From assembly GCA_964618415.1 (NCBI GenBank), contig CAZUAT010000006.1, positions 1,025-65,024 of the forward strand: a stretch of 64,000 nt of DNA. The letters are read 5' to 3'. The stretch's first letter is position 1; each line of letters opens with the position of its first letter. A program made the position numbers and the translations under genes. The notes under the pieces are model-generated. The model did not search any database. It worked only from the letters and a program-made list of their open reading frames with translations, and was not told the DNA's origin. The stretch comes from an uncultured Thermoanaerobaculia bacterium (GTDB lineage Bacteria > Acidobacteriota > Thermoanaerobaculia > Multivoradales > JAGPDF01). Below, in pieces: positions 9,979 through 19,406 of this stretch.

Positions 9979-10431
9979 ATGGGCCCGGAAACCACGATGC
10001 AGCGGCTGGTGCGCGCCGCCGCCTGGCTGGCCGGCGGCGCCGGTCTGCTCGGGTTCGCCGCCAGCGTCGACAAAGACCTCCTGCCGCCGCTCGCTCCCGG
10101 CTGGATCTGGCCACTTCACCTGGCGCTGGCCGCCCTCGGTCTGCTCGCCGGCCGCCTCGCGCGCCGGCGTGGAGTCGAGATCGACCGGGCGCGATTCGAG
10201 TATGCGGGCGACTCGCACGCGACGCGCGAGGAGGTGCGCGAGGCCCACCGGGAGGCCGAGCGGCTGCACCGGCTGACCTGGGTCGCGCTGGCCCTGGCGC
10301 CGCTCCTGCTCGCCTACTGGCTGGCCTACGAAATGCCGCCCGGCTATCCCTGGGGGCGCGCCCTGCCCGTCGCGCCGCTGGTCGGCCTGACGGTCAGCGC
10401 CCTCCTGCCGCCGCCGCGATCCCGGGTCTAG
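9979..10431 (+). CDS. hypothetical membrane protein
   Basis: ORF of 150 aa with strong GC3 bias and three or four hydrophobic segments. I recognise no family. Its stop overlaps the convergent PhzF-like gene stop within CTAG. Confidence 0.55.
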   Translation: MGPETTMQRLVRAAAWLAGGAGLLGFAASVDKDLLPPLAPGWIWPLHLALAALGLLAGRLARRRGVEIDRARFEYAGDSHATREEVREAHREAERLHRLTWVALALAPLLLAYWLAYEMPPGYPWGRALPVAPLVGLTVSALLPPPRSRV

Positions 10432-11252
10432 GGGGCAACTTCGGCGGCGCCGGTGAGCTGCGCCGTGAATACCGTCACGGCGTGGCCGCGCAGGCGGACC
10501 CGGTCGCCGGCCAGGGCGACTTCGACGCGGCCGCCGCGACGCGAGACCTGGCGTCCCACCAGTTCGGTGCGCCCCAACCGCTCGGCCCAGAACGGCGCCA
10601 GGGCGCAATGAGCCGAACCGGTGACGGGATCCTCGGGCACTCCGATCGCCGGCGCGAAGAAGCGCGACACGAAATCGAAGTCGCGCTCCGGATCGGCCTC
10701 GGCGGTGACGATCACGCCGCGCGCCGGCAGGGAGGCGAGCACCGCCAGGTCCGGTGTCAGGGCACGCACCGCCCACTCGTCGGCGAGCAGCGCCAGGAAG
10801 TCCTCCCCGCAGCTCTGCCACTGCGTGACCGGAGCGCCGAGCGCCGCGTCGAGGCCGTGCGGAGGCGTCGCGGCGACCGGAGCGCGGCTCGGAAAGTCGA
10901 GCTCGATCCGCCCGCCCTCCGCCGGCCGCGCCGACAGCTCGCCGGACAGCGTCTCGAAGATCGCCGGCTGGCCGGCCTCGAGCAGTCCGGTCTCCCACAG
11001 CACGTGCGCGGAGGCGAGCGTGGCATGGCCGCACAGCTTGACCTCGGCCGCCGGCGTGAACCAGCGCAGCTGCCAGTGTTCGGCTTGCGGCCAGAGAAAT
11101 GCGGTCTCGGAGAGGTTCATCTCCGCCGCGAAGGCGCGCATCCAGCGCTCCGGAGCCGGCCGCTCGAGCGGCACGACCCCGGCCGGGTTGCCCGCAAACG
11201 CTTCTTCGGTGAACGCATCCACCTGCCAGATCCGTGTCCCGGTCGTCTTCAT
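10428..11252 (-). CDS. PhzF-family isomerase-like protein
   Basis: ORF of 274 aa reading WQVDAFTEEAFAGNPAGVV...NLSETAF...CGHATLA...VTGSAHCALAPFW, which is typical of the PhzF/YddE fold. Confidence 0.85.
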   Translation of the reverse strand: MKTTGTRIWQVDAFTEEAFAGNPAGVVPLERPAPERWMRAFAAEMNLSETAFLWPQAEHWQLRWFTPAAEVKLCGHATLASAHVLWETGLLEAGQPAIFETLSGELSARPAEGGRIELDFPSRAPVAATPPHGLDAALGAPVTQWQSCGEDFLALLADEWAVRALTPDLAVLASLPARGVIVTAEADPERDFDFVSRFFAPAIGVPEDPVTGSAHCALAPFWAERLGRTELVGRQVSRRGGRVEVALAGDRVRLRGHAVTVFTAQLTGAAEVAP

Positions 11253-11288
11253 CGCTGCTCCTCTGCCCTCTATCGTGTGCGATCCGTG

Positions 11289-12494
11289 TCAAGCCGCCGC
11301 CGCGATCGCCGCCCGCGCCGCGATCTCCTCGCCGATTGCCAGCGATGCGGTGGCCGCGGGCGACGGCGCGTTGAGCACGTGCAGCATCCTGTCCGCCTCC
11401 AGCCAGACGAAATCGTCGACCAGCCGACCGTCGCGCCCGAGCGCCTGCGCGCGCACGCCGCAGCCGGCCGGCCGCAAGGCGTCGTCGGTGAGCTCGGGCA
11501 GCAGCCGGCGCAGTTCGGCGGCAAAGCGCCTCCGGCTCCATGCCCGCCGGTACTCGCGCCAGCCGATTCCGGCGTAGCGCGGCGCGAATCGCCAGAAGCC
11601 GGGGAAACCGAGCGTCGCCATCGCGTCGGCCGGGGAGAAGGCGGCGCGCGAATAGCCCTCCCGCTTCCAGGCCAGAACGGCGTTCGGTCCCGCCTCGATC
11701 GCGCCGTCGATCCGCCGCGTGAAGTGGACTCCGAGAAACGGCAGGTCGGGGTCCGGCACCGGGTAGATCAGGCCGCGAACCAGGTGGCGCGCGGCCGGCA
11801 CGAGCTCGCAGTAGTCGCCGCGAAACGGCACGATGCGCACGCCCGGTTCGAGGCCGGCGGCCACCGCCAGCCGATCGCTTCCCAGGCCTGCACAGCCGAC
11901 CAGGAACGGCGCCGCCCAGCGCGCCCCCTGCGACGTTTCGGCGATGACCTGGCCGTCCCGGCGCCGGATCCCGGTCACCCGCGCCGCCGTTTCGATACGG
12001 CCGCCAGCGGCTCGCAGGTCGTCCGCCAGCGCCGCCGCGACGCGGCGGTAGTCGACGATGCCGGTCTCGGCAACGTGCAGGGCCGCGACGCCGGCGGCGT
12101 GCGGCTCGACCTCCCGCAGGCCGGACGCATCCAGGCGCTCGAGTCCGACCAGGCCGTTGGCCCGGCCGCGCCGCTCGAGTTCGTCGAGCCGCGTCAGCTC
12201 GGCCTCGTCGAGGGCCACGACGAGCTTGCCGCACCGTTCGTGGGGGATGCCGCGCTCGGCCAGGTAGGCGTAGATCGCCCTGCGCCCGGCGGCGCAGGTC
12301 TCGGCCTTGCGGCTGCCAGGTCGGTAGTAGAGGCCGGCGTGGATGACGCCGCTGTTGTGGCCCGTCTGATGGGCGGCCAGCTCCGGCCCCGCTTCGAGCA
12401 GCGTCACCGCGCGCCCGTGGCCGACCGCCAGCGCGCGCGCGGCGGCGAGACCGACGATCCCTCCGCCCACCACCAGGATCTCCGCCGTGCGCAT
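11289..12494 (-). CDS. lhgO: L-2-hydroxyglutarate oxidase/dehydrogenase (FAD)
   Basis: Inner part of ORF 11289..13574, starting at MRTAEILVVGGGIVGLAAA (ATG 12494). It has a GXGXXG FAD fold and the HNSGVIHAGLYY motif. Confidence 0.85.
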   Translation of the reverse strand: MRTAEILVVGGGIVGLAAARALAVGHGRAVTLLEAGPELAAHQTGHNSGVIHAGLYYRPGSRKAETCAAGRRAIYAYLAERGIPHERCGKLVVALDEAELTRLDELERRGRANGLVGLERLDASGLREVEPHAAGVAALHVAETGIVDYRRVAAALADDLRAAGGRIETAARVTGIRRRDGQVIAETSQGARWAAPFLVGCAGLGSDRLAVAAGLEPGVRIVPFRGDYCELVPAARHLVRGLIYPVPDPDLPFLGVHFTRRIDGAIEAGPNAVLAWKREGYSRAAFSPADAMATLGFPGFWRFAPRYAGIGWREYRRAWSRRRFAAELRRLLPELTDDALRPAGCGVRAQALGRDGRLVDDFVWLEADRMLHVLNAPSPAATASLAIGEEIAARAAIAAAA

Positions 12495-12638
12495 CGGGCC
12501 TGGATCCTCGCACGCCGGCGGGGATGATGTAATGCTCCATAGCGCGACGGACCCCGACCGTGGCCTGATCGCGCTTCGGTCGCGGCGCCCCGCGGCGCCG
12601 TCCGTCCACGAGTCCGGCGACCAGGAGGTAGAAGAACC

Positions 12639-13217
12639 ATGTGGAAGCGAGAGAACGAGACCGCCGCCCCGGCATCGACGCCGACCGCCACCCCGCCCCC
12701 GGCCGGCGCGCCGTCCGCAGCGCCGAACCCGATGCGGGTCGATGGCGACGCCCGGCCGGCAGGCAGCAGCGAGCGAGCGGTGCTCTCCCCGTCGATCGTG
12801 CTGCGCGGCGAGGTGTCTGGCGACGAGGACCTGCTGGTCGAAGGCCGCGTCGAGGGCAAGATCTCCCTGCGCCAGAACGTCATCACGGTGGGGCCGAAGG
12901 GACGCGTGACGGCCGACGTCCACGCGCGGGCGATCCTGATCGAGGGCGAAGTCGAGGGCAATCTCGCCGCTGAGGAGCAGATCGTGCTGCGCAAGTCGGC
13001 ACGCGTGCGCGGCGACCTCGTCGCCCCCCGCGTCACCATCGAGGATGGCGCGCGCTTCAAGGGCACGATCGACATGGAGCCGAAGGCGGCACGCACCGGC
13101 GCGCCGTCCACCAACGCGCAGGCCTCGAACTCCGGCGGGCGCCCGGGTGGCCCGAACGCCAAGGAGGAGAGCGGACCGCGCCCGGTCGAGGCGAAGTCCG
13201 CCGCACAGGCGCGCTGA
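12639..13217 (+). CDS. bactofilin-family polymer-forming protein
   Basis: ORF of 192 aa with an AGGAGG SD upstream. The central beta-helical repeats (VLRGEVSGDEDLLVEGRVEGKISL...VHARAILIEGEVEGNL...VRGDLVAPRVTIEDGARFKG) are flanked by P/A-rich tails. Confidence 0.85.
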   Translation: MWKRENETAAPASTPTATPPPAGAPSAAPNPMRVDGDARPAGSSERAVLSPSIVLRGEVSGDEDLLVEGRVEGKISLRQNVITVGPKGRVTADVHARAILIEGEVEGNLAAEEQIVLRKSARVRGDLVAPRVTIEDGARFKGTIDMEPKAARTGAPSTNAQASNSGGRPGGPNAKEESGPRPVEAKSAAQAR

Positions 13218-13224
13218 TCGCCCG

Positions 13225-13932
13225 ATGAGCTGGATCCGTCCGTCGGCCGGGCGCGGAGACGCGCTCGCCGACGTTCCACTGCCGAGCGATCCTCCGCCGC
13301 CGGCCGAGCACCCCACGGCCGGGCTCAAGCACGTCTTCGCGCGTCTGCGGCGGCCGGGCGCCTCGGTGCTCGACCTCGGGCCGGCGCTGGCGGCCAACGT
13401 CGCATTCTTCAATCCGTTCGGCGCGCGCCTGCGCATCGCAGACCTCGACGCGGCGATCGACGAGGCGCACGCCCGTGACGTTCCGCTCCCGGTCTGGGAG
13501 CGGAACCTCGATCGCCTGCTGCCGCTGCGGGACGACGAACGCTTCGACCTCGTGCTCGCCTGGGACCTGCCCAACTACGTCGGCCGCGAGCAGTGGTCGG
13601 CGTTTGCGCGCCGCCTGACGCCGCGCATTGCTCCGGGAGGTGCGTTGCATCTGCTGGCCCGGGTCGGCACGAACATGCCCGCCCGTCCCTGCCACTACCG
13701 GATCCTGTCGGCCGACGTGCTGTCGGAGGACGCGCTGCTGGCCGAGACGGTGCCGGCGCCGCGCCTGCCACACGCCGAAGTCGAACGACTGCACCCCGGT
13801 CTCGTCGCGCCGCGCAGCCACCTCGGCAAGCACGGGGTGCAGGAGTACGTGCTGGAACCGGCCGCGGAACACGATCTGCCGCCGCGCCGCGTAGCCCAGC
13901 CGCGCCAGCGCAGCCGCCCGCGTCCGGCTTGA
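13225..13932 (+). CDS. methyltransferase-fold protein with a degenerate SAM motif
   Basis: Inner part of ORF 13045..13932, starting at MSWIRPSAG (ATG 13225, 8 nt after the bactofilin stop). It has VLDLGPALAANV in place of the usual VLDLGCGTG, and FDLVLAWD...PGGALHLL. Confidence 0.55.
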   Translation: MSWIRPSAGRGDALADVPLPSDPPPPAEHPTAGLKHVFARLRRPGASVLDLGPALAANVAFFNPFGARLRIADLDAAIDEAHARDVPLPVWERNLDRLLPLRDDERFDLVLAWDLPNYVGREQWSAFARRLTPRIAPGGALHLLARVGTNMPARPCHYRILSADVLSEDALLAETVPAPRLPHAEVERLHPGLVAPRSHLGKHGVQEYVLEPAAEHDLPPRRVAQPRQRSRPRPA

Positions 13933-13999
13933 AGCGGCCTGGCGGGCCACGCGCGTCGGCTCGCACACGGCATGCTAGCCTCCGAGGGGACTTCGCCCC

Positions 14000-16360
14000 G
14001 TGAGCACGACACCGATTCCAGAGGCCGTCCTCGAAGCCCTTGACGACGCCGCAGTGATCACCGACGGCGCCGGCACGATCCTCTGGGCGAGCCGCCGGCT
14101 GCTCGAACTGTTCGGCTACTCCGCCGGCGAGGTCGCCGGGCGCAAGCTGCCGCGCCTGCTTTCCTGGGAAGCGCGCGACAGCGACGCGGAATCGACGGCT
14201 GCCACGGGCGTGCGCCGACTCGAGGCGTTCCGCAAGGGGGGCGAGCCGTTCCCGGTCGAGGTGCGGCGCGTGCCGCTGGATGAGGCGCGGACCCTGGTTC
14301 TCGTGCGCGACGTGACCGCGATCGTCACCGCGCGGGCGCGGCTGCGCGAGTTCACCCAGGCAATCGAGACGGCCAGCTCGGGAGTCGCGATCGCCGATCG
14401 CGATCTGAAACTGCGGCAGGTCAACGCGGCGCTAGCCGGGATGTTCGGGATCGAGCGCCAGGAGCTGCTCGGCCAGTCGCTGCGCACGCTGTTCCCCGCG
14501 GCACTGGCCGGCCACGAGTTCCGGGACCTGGTCGAGCTGCGCGGGCTGGCCACCGAAAGCGAAACCCGGCGCCGCGACGGTACGCCGTTTCCGGTCGAGA
14601 TCAGCTTCGACCCGGTGCTCGACGAAGACGGCAGTGCGGTCGGCGTGGTGGCGATCGTGCAGGACATCTCGGACCGCCGCCGCACCGCCGAGGCGCTGCG
14701 CGTCTCCGAAGAGCGCTACGCGCTCGCCGTGCGCGGGGCGGCGGACGGCATCTGGGACTGGGATCTCGTCCACGGCCGGGTCTACTACTCGGACCGCTGG
14801 CAGTCCCTGGTCGGGCTCGCGCCCGGGGACGTCGCGCCGTCGCCGGACGAGTGGTTCTCCCGCGTCCATGCCGAGGACCTGCCGACGCTCACCGCGCGGC
14901 TCGACCGGCATCTGGCGGGCGAGACGACGCACTTCGAGATGGAGCACCGGGTTCTCCACGCCGACGGCACCTATCGCTGGATGCTGGCGCGCGGCGCCGC
15001 GGTCTGGGACGAAACGAACCGGGCGACCCGGATCGCCGGCTCGCAGACGGACATCACCGACCGCAAGGTCCACGATCCCCTGACCGGGCTGCCCAATCGC
15101 GCCCTCTTCCTCGACCGCGTCGAGCAGGCGCGCGCCCACGCCCGACGGCAGCCCAAGGCGCTGTTCGCAGTGCTGTTTCTCGATCTCGACCGCTTCAAGG
15201 TAGTCAACGACAGCCTCGGCCACTCGGCGGGCGATCAGCTGCTGGTTCAGGTGGCGCGCCGCATCGAGGCCTGCCTGCGCGGCGGTGACACGGTGGCGCG
15301 CCCGGGAGGCGACGAGTTCACCATCCTGCTCGAGGCCATCGAGTCACCGGAAGAGGCGATGCAGGTCGCGCAGCGGATCCACGACGCCCTGGCGCTGCCG
15401 TTCGCGATCAGCGGCCACGAGCTGTTCGTCACCGGCAGCATCGGCATCGCGCTGGCCGACCGCCTGGCCTCCGACCTGCCCGGCCTGGTGCGTGACGCCG
15501 ACACCGCCATGTACCGCGCCAAGGTGATCGGGCGCGGCCGTTCGCAACTGTTCTCCGGCGAGATGCGCAGCGAGATGCTGGCCCGCCTGCAGATCGAGAC
15601 CGATCTTCGGCGCGGCCTCGAGCGCGACGAGTTCGAGGTCTACTACCAGCCGATCGTTTCGCTCAAGGGCAACGTGCTCACGGGCTTCGAGGCGCTGGTG
15701 CGCTGGCACCATCCCGAGCGCGGCCTGCTGCTGCCGTCCGCCTTCATCACCATCGCCGAAGAGACCGGCGCCATCCTCCCACTCGGCATGTGGGTGCTCC
15801 ACGAGGCGTGCCGGCAGCTCGCGCAGTGGCGGGAACTCGAGCCGCAGTGGGCCGACCTGTCGATGAGCGTCAATCTCTCCCCCCGCCTGTTCAGCCAGCC
15901 GGACCTCGTCCGACTGGTTCGCGAGGCCCTGGAGGCCACGCGCGTGCCCGCCTCGGCACTCAAGCTCGAACTCACCGAAGGGGTGCTCATCGCCGAGCCC
16001 GACGAGGCGAACCGGATGCTGCGCGAACTGCGCCAGATGGGAGTCGGCATCTGCCTCGACGACTTCGGAACCGGCTACTCGTCGCTCTCCTACCTCAACC
16101 GGTTCGCCATCGACGTGCTCAAGATCGACCGCTCGTTCGTCCGCGAGCTGAGCGAGGGAGGCGACAAGGTCGAGCTGGTACGCAACATCGTGCGCCTGGG
16201 CGCCGACCTCGGCCTGACGGTCGTGGCCGAGGGGGTCGAGACAGCCGATCAGCGGCGATTCCTGGTCGATCTCGACTGTGAGCTGATGCAGGGCTTCGAG
16301 TTCAGCCGCCCGCTGCCTGCGGCGGACGTCTGGGCGCTGTTCCACGCGTCGCCCGGCTGA
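14000..16360 (+). CDS. PAS-PAS-PAS-GGDEF-EAL signalling protein
   Basis: ORF of 786 aa with three PAS-like modules. It has an intact RPGGDEFTILL motif plus EALVRWHHPERG and DDFGTGYSSLSYL. Confidence 0.92.
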   Translation: MSTTPIPEAVLEALDDAAVITDGAGTILWASRRLLELFGYSAGEVAGRKLPRLLSWEARDSDAESTAATGVRRLEAFRKGGEPFPVEVRRVPLDEARTLVLVRDVTAIVTARARLREFTQAIETASSGVAIADRDLKLRQVNAALAGMFGIERQELLGQSLRTLFPAALAGHEFRDLVELRGLATESETRRRDGTPFPVEISFDPVLDEDGSAVGVVAIVQDISDRRRTAEALRVSEERYALAVRGAADGIWDWDLVHGRVYYSDRWQSLVGLAPGDVAPSPDEWFSRVHAEDLPTLTARLDRHLAGETTHFEMEHRVLHADGTYRWMLARGAAVWDETNRATRIAGSQTDITDRKVHDPLTGLPNRALFLDRVEQARAHARRQPKALFAVLFLDLDRFKVVNDSLGHSAGDQLLVQVARRIEACLRGGDTVARPGGDEFTILLEAIESPEEAMQVAQRIHDALALPFAISGHELFVTGSIGIALADRLASDLPGLVRDADTAMYRAKVIGRGRSQLFSGEMRSEMLARLQIETDLRRGLERDEFEVYYQPIVSLKGNVLTGFEALVRWHHPERGLLLPSAFITIAEETGAILPLGMWVLHEACRQLAQWRELEPQWADLSMSVNLSPRLFSQPDLVRLVREALEATRVPASALKLELTEGVLIAEPDEANRMLRELRQMGVGICLDDFGTGYSSLSYLNRFAIDVLKIDRSFVRELSEGGDKVELVRNIVRLGADLGLTVVAEGVETADQRRFLVDLDCELMQGFEFSRPLPAADVWALFHASPG

Positions 16361-16952
16361 CCCGCTCGGCCCGCCGGCGCATCCAGACGCGCACCAGCAG
16401 GTCGCCAGGCAGGAACAGCACGAACGTCATCGCAACGACCAGCACGGCGCACCAGACCGCCGGTGGCATCCAGGTCTGGTCGATCCCGAACGGCGCCCAG
16501 ATCCAGTTGAGATTCTGCTCACGGGTGCCCAGCAGCATCCCCGCCGGCACGAGCAACGCCGCGAAGCCGGCCTCGAGTCGCAAGCCGCGGCGGTCGTGTC
16601 CCAGCCGCCCGACCAGCCAGAACAGCAGCGGCACCGTCCACAGGTGGAACAGCGACAGGCCGCGCAGCCAGAGCGGCTCGCCGGCGTCGAACATGTACTC
16701 GGTCCCGCCCACTGGATGCGTCCCGGTGAGCAGCCGTCCGAAGAAGTCGACCGCCCAGACCGTCTGAATCAGCAGCACTCCGGCCAGCTGCGACGAGGCG
16801 AGCAGCGCGCTGCCGCGCCAGATCGCCACCAGGGTGGCGAAGTTCGCGAAGTCGCACAGCCAGAGGAAGTTTGTCCAGCCGTTCTCGCGCCAGTAGAGCG
16901 GCACCCAGACGAGCATCCAGGCCGTGAACGCGAGGCGCACCCCGATCGGCAC
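16302..16952 (-). CDS. hypothetical polytopic membrane protein
   Basis: C-terminal third of ORF 16302..18143. It is a hydrophobic, W-rich sequence (WMLVWVPLYWRENGWTNFLWLCDFANFATLVAIW...). The start is uncertain (GTG 16952, GTG 16940 or ATG about 16914). The 3' end overlaps the convergent GGDEF-EAL gene by 59 nt. Confidence 0.55.
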   Translation of the reverse strand: MPIGVRLAFTAWMLVWVPLYWRENGWTNFLWLCDFANFATLVAIWRGSALLASSQLAGVLLIQTVWAVDFFGRLLTGTHPVGGTEYMFDAGEPLWLRGLSLFHLWTVPLLFWLVGRLGHDRRGLRLEAGFAALLVPAGMLLGTREQNLNWIWAPFGIDQTWMPPAVWCAVLVVAMTFVLFLPGDLLVRVWMRRRAERVSRATRGTAPRRPPQAAGG

Positions 16953-17032
16953 CGCCCGCGACCGGTCGGGCGGAACAGAAAGGGCCGGGACCCGCGAGGA
17001 GTCCCGGCCCAGATCGGCGGCGCGCGACGGGG

Positions 17033-19231
17033 TCAGAACCGGTAGCCGACCTGCCCGGTGATCTTGCGTCCGATGATGTCGCCGAAGAAATGCTGACGAA
17101 CCTCCTCGTCGGTCACGTTCGCGCCGATGATCTGGAGCGTCAGCCGCTCGTCGAGCAGGCGGACGCCCACTCCGACGTTGAGCATGGTGAACGAGTCGGT
17201 GAAGCCGACCGTGGCCGGCGACAGCGCCACGTCGCCCCAGAACGCTTCGTCCTGGTAGTTGACGTTGAGGTTGGTGAACCAGCGTCCGGCGTCGTAGCCC
17301 AGGCCGGCGTTGCCGCGCCACTCCGGCGCCAGGTTCTGCTCGCTGGTGTCCTCGATCCCCTCGAACTCCGCCTCGTCCTGCCACGACACGTTGACGAACC
17401 AGCTCCAGGGGCCGCGCCGCTGCTGCAGGGAAAGCTCGACGCCGCGATCGGTCGTTTCGCCGATGTTGCGGTAGCTGAAGCGAGCCGGGAACAGGCCGCC
17501 GAAGCCGACCACCGGAATCGTCGTGCCGGGCACCACACCCACGACCGGACAGGCCTGAAGCGGACCGGGGGCGAGCGGCTGCGGCGTCGGCGCGATCGCG
17601 AAGCACTGCCGGAACAGCGCCGCCACCACTGCCGGCGGCACGCCCGGCGGCAGCGTGGCGATCGTCTCGGGCGCGAGGATCACCGTCGGCGGCAGCAGCA
17701 CGCTGCCGTCCGGCTGCCGGCCGTACCGCAGCGCAGTAAAGAAGTCGATCGAGTCCTCGGTCCTGTTCTCGTAGGCGGCCACTGTCACGCTCAGGCCGTT
17801 GCCGAGGCTGCCGACGTAGCCGACCTCGTAGGCCGTCATCTGTTCCTCGACCAGGTTGAACCCGAGCAGCTCCGGTCCGCGCGCCGCGGCCGGAATGACG
17901 AAGGCGCCCGACGGCGGTCCGACCAGGATGTCGGCGTCGAGGTAGCTGTTGATCACCGAGGGAGTCCGGAACGCCTCGTTGTACGAGACGCGGAAGGTAT
18001 GGTTGGGCACCGGCGAGATCAGCAGGCTCGTGCGCGGCGTGAACACCCCGTCGTCGAGCGGATCGATGTCGTCGTAGCGCCCGCCGATCAGCCAGCGCAC
18101 CTTGTCCCCGAACAGGATCTCGTCCTGCAGGAAGACGCCCCATTCGTCCTTGTCCGTACCCGAAGGAGCGATCTCGAGCTCGAACTCCGACGTCCGGTAG
18201 TTGCCGCCGTACGTCAGGATGTGCATGCCCCCGGCCACCGAGGTGTTCGAGATGTCGGCGTTGAAGGTGTCGGTGGTGAACTCGAAGCCGAGTGGCCGAC
18301 CGTCCAGCCCGCGGGTGACCAGGTTGACCGAGTCGGCCGACAGGAAGTTGGCGAACAGCCCTGCGTTGAGCGCGCCGCGGGCGTAGTTGACCTTGCCGTA
18401 GGCCAGGTTCGAGCCCGAATCGATGGCGAACGGGCCGATGCCGCTGTGCACGATGCCGTCCGTGCCGGCGTAACCAGCACCGAACGTCAGGTACGAGGCG
18501 TCGTCGATGTCCCAGTCGAAGCGCATGTCGGCCTTGGGCTGCGAAGTGCCCTCGTTCTCGAAGGCCGGGATGCCGGCGAAGACCGGACGCTCGTAGGCGT
18601 CCTGCTCGAAGTAGCCGGCGGACATCTTGTAGCCCAGCTTGCCGGACACTCCGGCGTGGGTAATCGAGCCGTAGGCCGTGCTCAGTTCGCCGGCGCCTGC
18701 CAGGATCGAGGTCCCGGTCATCTCACTCGGCCGCTTGGTGATCAGGTTGACCACGCCGGTCATGGCGTTGGCGCCCCACACGGCGCTGCCGGGCCCGCGC
18801 ACCGCCTCGATCTGCTTGATCTCGCTCGGATTGACCGGCAGGAAGTCCCACATGACGAAGCCGAAGAAGTCGAGATAGATCGAGCGGCCGTCGAGCAGCA
18901 CGAGCTGCGAAGTCGACAGTGTGTTGGTCGACCCGCGAGTCGTCATGTTGATGTCGCGGGCGCTGGTTTGCGTGACGTTGACACCCGGCACGTTGCGCAG
19001 CAGATCGCCATAGTCGTCAGCGGGGATCGACTCGATAGTGCGCGCGTCGAGCACCGTGATGGCGGCCGGCGCCTCGTTGAGCGCCTGCTCGGTGCGCGAA
19101 GCCGTGACGACGATCACCTCCTCGACGGCATCGGCCGGCTCGTCGGCCGGAGGCTGCGCCTCCTGGGCCGGCAGCGCGGAAGCCACCGCGAGCAGCGACA
19201 GCGCGACACGCCACTTCAGCTCGGTTCTCAT
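17033..19231 (-). CDS. TonB-dependent receptor
   Basis: ORF of 732 aa with a signal peptide, a plug (VIVVTASRTEQALNEAPAAITVL, NVPGVNV, RGPGSAVWGANAMTGVVNLITK) and a beta-barrel ending GQVGYRF. Confidence 0.92.
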   Translation of the reverse strand: MRTELKWRVALSLLAVASALPAQEAQPPADEPADAVEEVIVVTASRTEQALNEAPAAITVLDARTIESIPADDYGDLLRNVPGVNVTQTSARDINMTTRGSTNTLSTSQLVLLDGRSIYLDFFGFVMWDFLPVNPSEIKQIEAVRGPGSAVWGANAMTGVVNLITKRPSEMTGTSILAGAGELSTAYGSITHAGVSGKLGYKMSAGYFEQDAYERPVFAGIPAFENEGTSQPKADMRFDWDIDDASYLTFGAGYAGTDGIVHSGIGPFAIDSGSNLAYGKVNYARGALNAGLFANFLSADSVNLVTRGLDGRPLGFEFTTDTFNADISNTSVAGGMHILTYGGNYRTSEFELEIAPSGTDKDEWGVFLQDEILFGDKVRWLIGGRYDDIDPLDDGVFTPRTSLLISPVPNHTFRVSYNEAFRTPSVINSYLDADILVGPPSGAFVIPAAARGPELLGFNLVEEQMTAYEVGYVGSLGNGLSVTVAAYENRTEDSIDFFTALRYGRQPDGSVLLPPTVILAPETIATLPPGVPPAVVAALFRQCFAIAPTPQPLAPGPLQACPVVGVVPGTTIPVVGFGGLFPARFSYRNIGETTDRGVELSLQQRRGPWSWFVNVSWQDEAEFEGIEDTSEQNLAPEWRGNAGLGYDAGRWFTNLNVNYQDEAFWGDVALSPATVGFTDSFTMLNVGVGVRLLDERLTLQIIGANVTDEEVRQHFFGDIIGRKITGQVGYRF

Positions 19232-19406
19232 GCTCGGACCTCCTCGTCCGCGGCTCCGCGTTCCTTCCGGGAACCGGAGCCGTGAAATTGAGTCAGTGCT
19301 CTCATGCTACCCTTCGCCCCGACACCCCACAAGGGTGCCGAACGCCGGCGGCCGGCGATCATTCGACGCGGATCCCAGGCCGCTGGACCCTGTCTCGGAG
19401 GAGCAC

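Noticed and set aside
10428-10431. Convergent gene pairs have stop codons that overlap within the palindrome CTAG, here and again at 31489-31492.
   Set aside because: This is real but trivial. TAG on both strands shares CTAG, and two occurrences among many convergent pairs do not indicate a system.
19232-19406. Possible riboswitch (for example cobalamin) or Fur box in the 175-nt region upstream of the TonB-dependent receptor. A nested hairpin, CGGCUCCG-GUUCC-cggaa-GGAAC-GCGGAGCCG, is visible on the minus strand around 19245-19285.
   Set aside because: I could not find the B12-box or other conserved riboswitch cores, or a convincing Fur palindrome. The hairpin alone is not diagnostic. It would need a covariance-model scan (Rfam/Infernal).
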